Origin: Nitrospirota bacterium
GTDB taxonomy: Bacteria; Nitrospirota; UBA9217
NCBI GenBank assembly: GCA_035498715.1
Contig: DATJZV010000158.1
Location: 34,239-98,238, forward strand
Direction of reading: 5' to 3'
Length of the DNA stretch: 64,000 nucleotides
In this document: positions 1 through 8,995 of the stretch, piece by piece
Layout of the letters: each line of letters starts with the position of its first letter
Position numbering within the stretch: position 1 is the first letter of the stretch
The notes under the pieces: model-generated
Seen by the model: only the letters and a program-made list of their open reading frames with translations
Told to the model about the DNA's origin: nothing
Database searches by the model: none
Made by a program: the position numbers and the translations under genes

Positions 1-182
1 GGAGAAAGATGCGCGGACATTCTTTCTCTTTAAGGTCAAATGCCCTGTCGTGGCCAGGGTCCTCAACAGAGTGAACGGAGATATTGCGCTGATGGGGAAC
101 TAATGCAAGTGCGGAGTGTGGAGCAAGAAGAATTAAATGAGATCAAAGTAGTTCCGCATGTCGAACCCCGCTTTGGTGAGAA

Positions 183-812
183 ATGACCGCGGAGATAATC
201 AAGGTTGACCCTGCACATCCTCAGCTAGCATTCTCTCGCTGCAAGAACGTGATATCCCGTGGCGGGGTGATCGCGTACCCGACTGATACGTTTTATGGGC
301 TTGGCGCCGATCCAAAAAATCCCGTCGCGGTGAAAAGGCTCTTTGAGATCAAAGGCAGGAAGGCTGATCAGCCCATATTGCTCCTGATAGCAAAATCCGA
401 TGATGTCAAGATGTGGACGGCAGGGATCAACCCTGCATCGGAGAATCTCATGAAGACGTTCTGGCCGGGGCCTCTCACGCTCGTATTCAAGGCTGGGGCG
501 GAAGTGCTCCGCGAACTTACTGCGGGAACGGGCACAATCGGGCTCAGAGTCCCTGGGAACGAGCTTACGCGCAGCCTGCTCGATTTTCTGGGCATCGCGC
601 TGACGGGCACGAGCGCAAATGTCGCAGGAGAATCGAGCCCGCAGACGGCAGAGGAGGCAGCGGCTACGCTGGGGAACACGGTTGATCTGATCCTCGACGG
701 AGGCAGGACCGCCGGTGGCCGGCCTTCGACCGTGGTGGATGTAAGTACCGGTCAAGCGCTTGTGCTGCGTGAGGGAGCGCTCCCGCTTAAAGATATTCCC
801 TCAAGGGGATGA
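183..812 (+). CDS. tsaC: L-threonylcarbamoyladenylate synthase (TsaC/YrdC/Sua5 family, single domain)
   Basis: 209 aa ORF. The N-terminal region has the YrdC-like fold signature (VIAYPTDTFYGLG, KGRKADQPILLL) and the length is typical of stand-alone TsaC. Confidence 0.85.
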   Translation: MTAEIIKVDPAHPQLAFSRCKNVISRGGVIAYPTDTFYGLGADPKNPVAVKRLFEIKGRKADQPILLLIAKSDDVKMWTAGINPASENLMKTFWPGPLTLVFKAGAEVLRELTAGTGTIGLRVPGNELTRSLLDFLGIALTGTSANVAGESSPQTAEEAAATLGNTVDLILDGGRTAGGRPSTVVDVSTGQALVLREGALPLKDIPSRG

Positions 813-902
813 GTGAAAATACTCCTAACGGAGGATGACGAGCATACAGTTGGAGAGGCAAAGAGCGATGAAGAGGCCGGAATTTAAGAAAGCGGTGAAA
901 TA

Positions 903-2222
903 ATGAAAAAAACATTTGTAATTGATACCAATGTTCTGCTTCATGACCCTCACGCGATATTTTCATTCGAGGACAATGACATAATCATTCCAATTGTCGT
1001 GATCGAGGAACTGGACAAGTTCAAGAAGGGCATAGACGAAATCGGCAGAAACGCGCGTCAAGTCTCGCGAATCCTCGATGAACTGCGGCATAAAGGGAAG
1101 CTTTCCCAGGGAGTCGAACTCGATGGCGGGGGGAGCTTATGCGTCGAACTCAACCACCAATCGGCTGATCGCCTGCCGACTGAACTCGTGGCAGACAAGG
1201 CGGACAATCGCATTCTCGCTACCGCACTCAACCTTATGCACGACAAACGGCCGGTGGTCCTCGTGACCAAGGACACGAACCTCCGCATAAAGGCGGATGC
1301 TCTCGGTTTGAAAGCGGAAGATTTCGAAACAGATAATATTTCATTTGACAAGCTTTATTCAGGAGAAACGGAACTAGAGGTAGATCCGGGAACAATCGAT
1401 GAATTTTACGCAAGGGGAGAACTCACGCCTCCTCCCGGTACCAAGCTTTTACCGAACGAGTTTGCATTACTCAAGAACAGCGCCAACCCGTCACAAACTG
1501 CATTAGCGAGGTATAAACAACAAAAGAACGTCCTCGTTCCCATCGTGAGTGTCAAGCACGGTGTGTGGGGAATTAATGCTCGGAACAAGCAGCAGCAGTT
1601 TGCCCTCGACCTACTCCTGAACGACGAAATCAGTCTAGTGACGCTCGTAGGCAAGGCCGGTACTGGCAAGACGCTCCTAGCGTTAGCCGCAGGCCTTGAA
1701 AGGACCATTGAAAGCCGGGCGTTCCAGCGACTCGTGGTTTCGCGCCCTGTGTTCCCGCTTGGCAAGGACATCGGGTTCCTGCCCGGCGACATCGAGGAGA
1801 AGCTCCGGCCCTGGATGCAGCCTATCCGTGATAACCTTGACTTTCTTATGGGTGCATCGACCGTGTCTGGACGCGCAAAAGGAAAGAAAGACCTCCAGGG
1901 ACTCTTCGATCTTGGCATGATCGAGGTGGAACCGCTTACCTATATCCGCGGACGGAGCATGCCGAACCAGTATCTTATCGTGGACGAGGCCCAGAACCTT
2001 ACGCCGCACGAGATCAAAACGATCATCACTCGCGCGGGCGAAGGCACTAAAGTGATACTCACAGGGGATAACCAGCAAATCGATAACCCATATATAAATT
2101 CTTCGAGCTCCGGCCTTTCCTTTGTCGTTGATCGCTTTAAGGAAGAGCCCATTTCCGGACATATTACGCTTACCAAGGGCGAACGCTCTGAGCTTGCGGA
2201 ACTTGCATCAACTTTGTTGTGA
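903..2222 (+). CDS. PIN-domain plus PhoH-like ATPase (YlaK/PhoH2 family)
   Basis: 439 aa. N-terminal PIN-like segment (VIDTNVLLHDP, IPIVVIEELD) followed by a Walker A P-loop (GKAGTGKT) and PhoH-like C-terminal motifs (YIRGRS, VDEAQN). Confidence 0.85.
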   Translation: MKKTFVIDTNVLLHDPHAIFSFEDNDIIIPIVVIEELDKFKKGIDEIGRNARQVSRILDELRHKGKLSQGVELDGGGSLCVELNHQSADRLPTELVADKADNRILATALNLMHDKRPVVLVTKDTNLRIKADALGLKAEDFETDNISFDKLYSGETELEVDPGTIDEFYARGELTPPPGTKLLPNEFALLKNSANPSQTALARYKQQKNVLVPIVSVKHGVWGINARNKQQQFALDLLLNDEISLVTLVGKAGTGKTLLALAAGLERTIESRAFQRLVVSRPVFPLGKDIGFLPGDIEEKLRPWMQPIRDNLDFLMGASTVSGRAKGKKDLQGLFDLGMIEVEPLTYIRGRSMPNQYLIVDEAQNLTPHEIKTIITRAGEGTKVILTGDNQQIDNPYINSSSSGLSFVVDRFKEEPISGHITLTKGERSELAELASTLL

Positions 2223-2236
2223 AAAGGAGATATAAT

Positions 2237-2503
2237 ATGCCATTGCCCCTTGACAGCTTCGCCTCAAGAGGGGGGCAGTCGCTGCTATTCTCCCATCATG
2301 CCGCCCTGCAAATGCCCTGGCCAGGCAGCCGGCCGTGCTACCACGTGCGTGAGCTTGTCGAGCTGTTTCTTGGCCAGGACTTCCCGAATGCTGTTTTGAC
2401 ATCGCTGCGTGCCAGCATCATCTGCATGCTCAGGCTGAATATGGTAAGGAGTTCATCAGCATTTGACATATTGCACCATGAGGGCGATCTGACATTGCAC
2501 TAA
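2237..2503 (+). CDS. hypothetical small protein (88 aa), uncertain
   Basis: The ATG at 2237 is preceded by a strong Shine-Dalgarno sequence (AAGGAG, 7 nt spacer) that overlaps the phoH-like stop codon. No recognisable domain. The region could instead be non-coding RNA. Confidence 0.3.
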   Translation: MPLPLDSFASRGGQSLLFSHHAALQMPWPGSRPCYHVRELVELFLGQDFPNAVLTSLRASIICMLRLNMVRSSSAFDILHHEGDLTLH

Positions 2504-2610
2504 AGTAAATCAAATAAAAAAACGAACAAATCTCTCAGCTCTGGATGTTCTGTTTTTCTTAGAGCAGATTCTGCAGTATGATATTCACTGATGAAAGAGG
2601 GAGGGCAATC

Positions 2611-2829
2611 ATGAGCAAAGTGTCCCTGAATGTTCAAAAGCAGTTCTGCGAGGAATGTTCTCTTGCGCTCCGCAGATTCATAGGAGGGATGGAGGGCGTA
2701 GAATCGATAGAGGTCCAAAACGGGAAGATAGAGATCGGATATGATTCTTCAAAGATTGAAGAAGATTTCCTGAAGAAACTTTCAAAGGACAGCATCGAGA
2801 AGCTTGGATATAAGCTGCTCGATCATTGA
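2611..2829 (+). CDS. small HMA-like (heavy-metal-associated fold) protein with CEEC in place of CxxC
   Basis: 72 aa from the ATG at 2611, with AGAGGGAGGG as RBS. The pattern VSLNVQKQFCEECSLALRRFIGGMEGVESIEV resembles a ferredoxin-like HMA/CopZ fold with a divergent metal-binding loop. A terminator follows. Confidence 0.45.
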   Translation: MSKVSLNVQKQFCEECSLALRRFIGGMEGVESIEVQNGKIEIGYDSSKIEEDFLKKLSKDSIEKLGYKLLDH

Positions 2830-2835
2830 GATTCT

Positions 2836-2858
2836 CCCCGACCTGCGGGTGGGGTTTT
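2836..2858 (+). terminator. rho-independent terminator (CCCCGACC-TGC-GGGTGGGG followed by TTTT)
   Basis: GC-rich 8 bp stem with one mismatch, 3 nt loop and a T4 tract immediately after the stop codon of the small HMA-like ORF. Confidence 0.5.
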
Positions 2859-2984
2859 ACGGCGCAAATTGATAATGTCTAAAAAAACCCGAATCATCAT
2901 CCGTATTCATTCCGTCCTGGTGATCTGCCAGAAAAATGCCCTTCCAACGGCGCTGAGAGCGAGCGCAACGAACGCAAAACACCT

Positions 2985-3013
2985 TGACAGCGCTCATACC
3001 AATGTGTTAGTTT
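2985..3013 (+). promoter_or_regulatory. candidate sigma70-type promoter for resB (TTGACA, 17 nt, TTAGTT)
   Basis: Perfect -35 hexamer at 2985-2990 and a weak -10 hexamer 17 nt downstream, about 35 nt before the TTG start of resB. Confidence 0.3.
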
Positions 3014-3047
3014 AATAAGAATGTGTTCGCTTTCGGGAGGTTGATCG

Positions 3048-4556
3048 TTGGAAAACAAAAAGGGTATCGTAGAAATCATCGCGGAGAAAGTCTGGAAGTT
3101 CTTTTCGTCAGTGAAGCTCGCCGTTGTGCTGCTCATCATTCTGGCGATCGTATCGGTCATCGGTACGGTGATCCAGCAAAATGAGGCACCGGAGAGGTAT
3201 CTGCAGGAATACAGCAGGACCACGGTGGATCTGTTCGAGATGGTTGGGTTATTCGACATGTACCATACCTGGTGGTTCGTGCTCCTCCTCTTCCTATTGA
3301 CGGCAAACCTTACGATCTGCACGCTCGACCGTTTTCCCCACACCTGGAAAATCGTGACGACGCCGCTCAAACCGATTGACGACGACGGGTTGAAGGCTGT
3401 GCCGTTCAAAAAAGAGATATCCTTCAAAGGCGGCATGGACAATGCCCGGGAACATGCTATGAAGGTGATCGGGTCGCGGGGTTACCGTATTGTCGAATCC
3501 CGGGGGGCCGACGTGCATCACCTCATGACGCAGAAAGGCCTCTACAGCCGTTTCGGCGTGTATATCACCCATGTCAGCATCCTGCTTATCTTCATAGGTT
3601 CTTTGATTGGTGCCTTTTTCGGTTTCAAAGCGTTCCTCAACCTGCCCGAGGGCGAGGCTACGAAGGTCGCCTATCTCAGGAACGAGCCCATGTGGGACAA
3701 GCTTATGGCCGCGTTGGGCATAGCCGAGAGCCCGGTGATTCTCAACCCCGAGGTCGGCATACCAGCCATGCCTCTCGGCTATTTTGTGCGGTGCGATAGT
3801 TTTGATGTCGATTACTACGTGAGCCCTTCGGGGATGCCGACGGGCATGCCCTCGGAATATCATAGTACCCTGAGCGTTTTCGATCTGAACGGACAGAAAA
3901 TCTTCGATAAACGCATTCGGGTAAATGACCCGCTGACCTACCACGGCATTACTTTCTATCAGTCGAGCTATGGAACCTTGCCAAATGCCCGCGGAAAGAT
4001 CCTTCTGAACATCCGTCCAAAAAACGATCCCCAGGCTCGTGGTGAAACGATCAGCTTTGATCCGGGGCAGTCTATTTATGTGCCTTCTATAGACCGCACA
4101 GTCAAAGCGCTTAATTTCGTACCCTACGCGGTGCGAAATCCCGCAACGGGAGAGGTGATGCTTTACGAAAGTGAGCGTGACGAGTATGTCAATCCAGCAG
4201 TTCAAATAGAAGTTTACAAAGGCAAGTCGCCAATTTATAAAACTATTGTGATGAAAACCGACCCGGGCCAGCCCGACATGCCAGAGAATTACGTAATCAG
4301 CTACCGGGGCTATTGGGGGGCGAGGTACACCGGCCTTCAGGTTACCAAGGATCCGGGCGTCTGGATTGTCTATACCGGCTTCATCATGCTCTGCATAGGT
4401 CCGCTCGTGGCTTTCTTCGGTTCTCATAAAAAGCTCTGGGTACGGATCCTGGACCGGAAGGGCCAGACCGTAGTTACTGTTGCCGGTTCAGCCAACAAGA
4501 ACCGCTTGGGATTTGAGCGTGACTTCAATAAGATAGTGGAAGATATTTCTGCATAA
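3048..4556 (+). CDS. resB: cytochrome c biogenesis protein ResB/CcsB (system II)
   Basis: 502 aa. TTG start with a GGGAGG RBS. N-terminal transmembrane helix, large soluble domain and C-terminal transmembrane helix in the typical ResB architecture. ccsA lies immediately downstream. Confidence 0.9.
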   Translation: MENKKGIVEIIAEKVWKFFSSVKLAVVLLIILAIVSVIGTVIQQNEAPERYLQEYSRTTVDLFEMVGLFDMYHTWWFVLLLFLLTANLTICTLDRFPHTWKIVTTPLKPIDDDGLKAVPFKKEISFKGGMDNAREHAMKVIGSRGYRIVESRGADVHHLMTQKGLYSRFGVYITHVSILLIFIGSLIGAFFGFKAFLNLPEGEATKVAYLRNEPMWDKLMAALGIAESPVILNPEVGIPAMPLGYFVRCDSFDVDYYVSPSGMPTGMPSEYHSTLSVFDLNGQKIFDKRIRVNDPLTYHGITFYQSSYGTLPNARGKILLNIRPKNDPQARGETISFDPGQSIYVPSIDRTVKALNFVPYAVRNPATGEVMLYESERDEYVNPAVQIEVYKGKSPIYKTIVMKTDPGQPDMPENYVISYRGYWGARYTGLQVTKDPGVWIVYTGFIMLCIGPLVAFFGSHKKLWVRILDRKGQTVVTVAGSANKNRLGFERDFNKIVEDISA

Positions 4557-4572
4557 CTTTTCGGAGGGATAG

Positions 4573-5817
4573 ATGAAAAGCTCCTTACTCTTTAACATTG
4601 CAACATTATCATATCTCGTGGCCATGGTGCTCTATATAAGTTACCTTGCGTTCAAAAAGAACGGTATTGGCAAGGCCGCCTCGGGCGTTACGTATTTCGG
4701 TCTTGTCGTCCAGACGATCGCCCTGCTTCTGCGGTGGCGCGAATCATACCAGATGGATATCGGGAGAGTGCCGCTGTCCAATCTGTATGAATCACTGGTG
4801 TTCTTCACCTGGAGCATGGTGCTCATCTACGTCATCGTTGAGTACAAGTACAAGACACGGGCATTCGGCGCTTTCGTGATGCCCGTGGCCTTTCTTGCTC
4901 TTGCATTCATCAATGTTTCCGGCGTCAGCGCCGAGATCACGCCTCTGGTGCCGGCGCTTAAAAGCAACTGGCTTTTTTACCATGTCATGATAAGCTTCCT
5001 CGGCTATGCCGCATTCGGTGTGGCATTTGCAATCAGCATGATCTATCTCCTTATGGATACCGAGGATAGGGGGCCCGCCGTAAACCTTGCGTATGCCCTA
5101 GGGGCGATCATAGTCCTGGCTCCCCTCGGATATTACATGGCGGGTCTTGGCGAGAGGATGAAGACCGCGTTCTGGCTGGGAATCGGCGTGCTCATACTCA
5201 TATGGTTCATCTACTTGATCGTGGCTGGGGCGAAGAACAGACCTCAGGTCTTTTTGTTCTGGTCACTCTGCGTGACTCTCGCAATTGGGTTGCTTGCGGC
5301 GATGGCTATCGATTTTTTCTATTTGATCACCTTGAAGCACCTTGCAGCCGGGGAGTCGTTCAAAAAGCACATGTTCGAATCGACTTTTCTCAATCCCTCG
5401 GTCGGCATCACTCTCGTCAGCTGGGCGGCAGTTATGGGGCTGTTTGGCCTCGTATGGTCGCAGGGAATGAGGCTTAAAAACTTGCTGAAGCAGTATATGC
5501 CCGCCCAAGACCAGCTCGATGATGTGACTTACCGCATGATTGCCATTGGTTGGCCCCTCCTGACCGGTGGTATCATCACCGGAGCGGTTTGGGCAAACAG
5601 CGCGTGGGGCACCTATTGGGGCTGGGACCCCAAAGAGACATGGTCGCTCATCACCTGGTTTATCTATGCCATCTATCTTCATGCCCGGTATGTTCGCGGA
5701 TGGAAGGGAACTCAGATGGCTGTGATTTCGGCAGTCGGTTTTCTGGCGGTAATATTCACGTATCTGGGGGTGAATCTGGTGCTTTCCGGCCTCCATTCAT
5801 ACGGGGGGATGAACTAG
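4573..5817 (+). CDS. ccsA: cytochrome c-type biogenesis protein CcsA/ResC
   Basis: 414 aa polytopic membrane protein carrying the tryptophan-rich heme-handling WWD motif (WGTYWGWDPKETWSLITW). Confidence 0.9.
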   Translation: MKSSLLFNIATLSYLVAMVLYISYLAFKKNGIGKAASGVTYFGLVVQTIALLLRWRESYQMDIGRVPLSNLYESLVFFTWSMVLIYVIVEYKYKTRAFGAFVMPVAFLALAFINVSGVSAEITPLVPALKSNWLFYHVMISFLGYAAFGVAFAISMIYLLMDTEDRGPAVNLAYALGAIIVLAPLGYYMAGLGERMKTAFWLGIGVLILIWFIYLIVAGAKNRPQVFLFWSLCVTLAIGLLAAMAIDFFYLITLKHLAAGESFKKHMFESTFLNPSVGITLVSWAAVMGLFGLVWSQGMRLKNLLKQYMPAQDQLDDVTYRMIAIGWPLLTGGIITGAVWANSAWGTYWGWDPKETWSLITWFIYAIYLHARYVRGWKGTQMAVISAVGFLAVIFTYLGVNLVLSGLHSYGGMN

Positions 5818-5895
5818 AAAGATTGCCCCGGGCTCATCTCAGCCGGTTTGCGTCATCGCACTGTAGAGTGTTAACTTTAGTTGCAACTTCACTTG

Positions 5896-5945
5896 CCGGT
5901 TAAAATGACCTTTTAACCGGCGATTTTATTCTCGCCTTTTTTCTT
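5896..5945 (+). terminator. rho-independent terminator downstream of ccsA
   Basis: Perfect 10 bp inverted repeat (CCGGTTAAAA-TGACC-TTTTAACCGG) followed by a T-rich tract (CGATTTTATTCTCGCCTTTTTTCTTC). Confidence 0.6.
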
Positions 5946-6088
5946 CATAAGCTGAGAAAGCTTTTAGTGGCGTTTTTCCCTTATTGTGCTGTCTACGCTA
6001 AAATGCGGATCAATGCGGTCCTATGCTATACTATAAGTAAGACAACTGGAGTATAATTTGCTAAGGGTAAAACCACAGGGGGTGTTCT

Positions 6089-6475
6089 ATGAGAGCGTTT
6101 GCCTGCAAAAGCTTGGGAAATAAATGTACTTGGAAACATATTGCTAAAACAGAGGAACTGCTTACCGATATCGTGGCTGTCCACCTGAGAGATGTTCATG
6201 GAGTCAATTCAATCACTCCGGAACTGGTTGGTAAGATTAAAAATGCCTTTAGCAATCCAACTCCTATTGAGGCAAAAGGGGCGGAGAATCTTGTCCTGAA
6301 GGAATTCGCCTGCAAAGACCTTGGTAATAAGTGCGACTGGAAGTATGTTGCGCAGACCGAGGAATTAATTGTTGACGGAGTAGCCGTTCATGCACGCGAG
6401 TTTCATGGGATCAAGGAATTTACACCGGAGATGGCAGTAAAAGTAAAGCAGCTATCCCATGAGTGGAGAGGGTAA
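6089..6475 (+). CDS. tandem DUF1059-like small metal-binding domain protein
   Basis: 128 aa made of two roughly 55 aa repeats at about 50% identity (FACKSLGNKCTWKHIAKTEELL...VAVHLRDVHG and FACKDLGNKCDWKYVAQTEELI...VAVHAREFHG). Each repeat has a C-x5-C pair and an H-x3-H pair. Confidence 0.7.
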   Translation: MRAFACKSLGNKCTWKHIAKTEELLTDIVAVHLRDVHGVNSITPELVGKIKNAFSNPTPIEAKGAENLVLKEFACKDLGNKCDWKYVAQTEELIVDGVAVHAREFHGIKEFTPEMAVKVKQLSHEWRG

Positions 6476-6500
6476 GTGAACGGACCTTCTGCCCTCTGGG

Positions 6501-8093
6501 TTACCGCGTTACGGTTATTTCTACACGCTTGTCGATGGAATAGAGAGGATGGATCTTGAAATCCTTGACCCAGGGCTGGATGACGAAATAATCTGCCTTA
6601 TGCCACATGAATACCCATGGGGCGTTTTTTATGATGCGATCCTCTGCTTCGCGGTAGAGTCGGTATCGCTGTTTTTCGTTCATGGTACGCTGGGCGGTCT
6701 CGATGAGCCGGTCAAGCTCCGGATCCATGCAGCGTGTACGGTTTCCTCCGGAACCCACGCTTGCTGAGTGAAAGAGCGGATAAAGGAAATTCTCCGGATC
6801 AGGATAGTCAGCCCACCACGACAGCCAGAACGCATCCGGCTCTCCTTCATTTACTGCGTGTTTTAAGGCACTCCAGTCAAGCTGGGTTATTTCGACCTTG
6901 AGACCCACTTTTGTCAGGTAGTTTTGAATAACCTCGATGATATCGAGGACTTCCACATCTGGGGTGATATAAATTTTGACCGTGGCCCCTTCAGCACCAG
7001 CCTCCCGTATCAATGCTTTTGCCTTCTCAGGGTCGTAGCTGTATCCTGCCACAGCGCGGGTCAGTGTCCTGGACTTCCACAGTTCCGACGGTATCGGTCC
7101 GACAGCAAGCGTGCCCCGTTTCTCGAAAACTGTGTTCAGAATGTGCTGTCGATCGATTGCCATGTTCACGGCTCGCCGCACACGCACATCGTTGAAAGGT
7201 GGTCGGGTGCAGTTCAAACCAAGATAATAAATATTCAGACCCGGTCTGCCGAACACCAGATCACGCCATGCGGGATCGGTCGTATAACGCCGATACTCCG
7301 AGGAGGGGATCAGGAGCACATCAAGGTGTCCGGTCTCGAATTCTACGACCGCCGTGAGGTCTTCCGGGATAACGCGGTAGTAAATCCCGTTCAACTTCGG
7401 TTTTCCGTCAAAGTAATCTTCCCTCGCCGTGAGCATGAGATACTGCCCGTGCTTCCACTCCGTAAGGACATAGGGGCCACTCCCGATGGGGTGCGTTCCG
7501 AAGTCCTGGCCAAGCCGTTCCACCTCTTCGCGGGGAACCACGTAGGCTGTTGTCATAGCAAGAAGTGACAAGAACGGCCCAAAAGGTTTATCGAGCTTGA
7601 GTACGAGCGTATGGTCATCCACCACATGAATGCCTGATATTGCTGCTGCCCTGCCATCGATGAAATCGTTTGCTCCCTCGATCTTATCGAGCACCCAGGT
7701 GAGGGGGGCCTTTGTCTTCGGCGTAAGCACGCGCTCGAAAGAATATTCGAAGTCACGGGCCGTGACCTTTCTTCCATTGCTGAACCTGGCGTCATGCCGG
7801 AGGCGAAACGTATACGTGAGCTGGTCTTCAGAAAGACGCCACGAGCGTGCAATGTCCGCGATGATGTCAAGATTTTCATTGAAGCGAACAAGGCCATTAA
7901 ACAACTTCGCGGCTATACCGCCGCCCTGGACATCGGTTATGAGCGCGGGGTCGAGCGTTGTGGGATTGCTGTTAAGCCGTAGATAAAGGTAGCCGGGGAG
8001 TCGTCCATCATCTGTCCTGTGGCAGCCACCGGCGGGTATGATAAGCAGGGGAATGAGTATGAGGCCAAGAAGAGAAGCGTATTTCCTGGCCAT
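6501..8093 (-). CDS. ABC transporter substrate-binding protein, family 5 (peptide/nickel/opine type), lipoprotein
   Basis: Lipoprotein signal peptide (LIPLLIIPAGGC). SBP_bac_5-like motifs are conserved throughout. The start is set at MARKYASLL. No cognate permease or ATPase genes are adjacent. Confidence 0.85.
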   Translation of the reverse strand: MARKYASLLGLILIPLLIIPAGGCHRTDDGRLPGYLYLRLNSNPTTLDPALITDVQGGGIAAKLFNGLVRFNENLDIIADIARSWRLSEDQLTYTFRLRHDARFSNGRKVTARDFEYSFERVLTPKTKAPLTWVLDKIEGANDFIDGRAAAISGIHVVDDHTLVLKLDKPFGPFLSLLAMTTAYVVPREEVERLGQDFGTHPIGSGPYVLTEWKHGQYLMLTAREDYFDGKPKLNGIYYRVIPEDLTAVVEFETGHLDVLLIPSSEYRRYTTDPAWRDLVFGRPGLNIYYLGLNCTRPPFNDVRVRRAVNMAIDRQHILNTVFEKRGTLAVGPIPSELWKSRTLTRAVAGYSYDPEKAKALIREAGAEGATVKIYITPDVEVLDIIEVIQNYLTKVGLKVEITQLDWSALKHAVNEGEPDAFWLSWWADYPDPENFLYPLFHSASVGSGGNRTRCMDPELDRLIETAQRTMNEKQRYRLYREAEDRIIKNAPWVFMWHKADYFVIQPWVKDFKIHPLYSIDKRVEITVTR

Positions 8094-8103
8094 GGTGCGA
8101 GGA

Positions 8104-8811
8104 TTATTTCTTTGATGCGCTGACGAGCGCCTTGAAGAGTTTCTTTGAATATTGGTCATTGGGTGTTTTTTCCGGGTGCCACTGTACTGCTACGAGAAAA
8201 TTTTTTGATCTCGGCTCAAGCGCTTCAATGACGCCGTCGTGGGCGACCGCGGAGAGGTGGAGACCTTTGCCTGGATTCTTCACGCTCTGGTGGTGAGCAC
8301 TCCGCACGCGGATCCGGGAGGCACCCATGATGCGCGAGAGCAGGGTGCCCTCGAAGATGTCAACGAAATGGAAAACCTTTTCTCCGGCGCGCGATGCGCT
8401 GTGTTTGATGGGGTCAGAGACCTGGAGCACTATGTCCTGGTAGAGCTTCCCGCCCAGGGCGACGTTCACGAGCTGAGTGCCGTAGCAGATGGCGAGAACC
8501 GGTTTTCCTGATCTGGCCGCGGCTTTAAAGAGCGCAATTTCAAATGCGGTGCGTCCATCGGAAGAGATCATCATGCGCGCATCGGGTAGAGGCTTCTCTT
8601 TATAAAAGCGCGGATGGATGTCGTCACCGCCGGTGAAAACGAAGCCATCCAAGCGTTTAACGAGATCGGGAATGGATGACTCTATCCCGAGAATGGGCAC
8701 CGGCATCCCGCCCGCCTGTAGCACGGCTTTCCCGTAGTCCTGGTCGAGAATGTTTAAGTTCCTAGCGGGTTGCACCTCCAGGTTCATCGTAACGCCGATC
8801 AACGGTTTCAT
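8104..8811 (-). CDS. class I glutamine amidotransferase-like, peptidase C26 / gamma-glutamyl hydrolase (PuuD-like)
   Basis: 235 aa. Catalytic triad context AICYGTQ (Cys nucleophile) and VQWHPE (His/Glu) typical of C26 gamma-glutamyl hydrolases. Confidence 0.8.
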   Translation of the reverse strand: MKPLIGVTMNLEVQPARNLNILDQDYGKAVLQAGGMPVPILGIESSIPDLVKRLDGFVFTGGDDIHPRFYKEKPLPDARMMISSDGRTAFEIALFKAAARSGKPVLAICYGTQLVNVALGGKLYQDIVLQVSDPIKHSASRAGEKVFHFVDIFEGTLLSRIMGASRIRVRSAHHQSVKNPGKGLHLSAVAHDGVIEALEPRSKNFLVAVQWHPEKTPNDQYSKKLFKALVSASKK

Positions 8812-8995
8812 CTGCCCACCTCCCCGCGCGTCTATGGTATGTTTCCGTGAATATCTTATAACACTTTTTGGGAGGAAAGTCAGCGTGAGATTCTAATTTG
8901 AGATTTATTATCATCAAATTATAAATACTTATTACCTGCTCTTACAATTTTATGCATTGGCAGATCATTTCGTTACAACCAAAATTCATAACAGC

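Noticed and set aside
225-755. 176-codon ORF antisense to tsaC, and many similar long antisense ORFs (for example 3294-4427, 10701-11165, 19926-20573, 24582-25568, 47115-48074, 52691-53341, 53682-54284)
   Set aside because: They lie entirely inside well-supported genes on the opposite strand. Their products are Arg/Pro/Cys-rich with no motifs. This is typical GC-rich antisense read-through, not genes.
8812-8995. AT-rich 184 bp region downstream of argF as a possible mobile-element scar
   Set aside because: No repeats or ORF fragments. It is consistent with an ordinary promoter and leader for the downstream amidotransferase and binding-protein genes.
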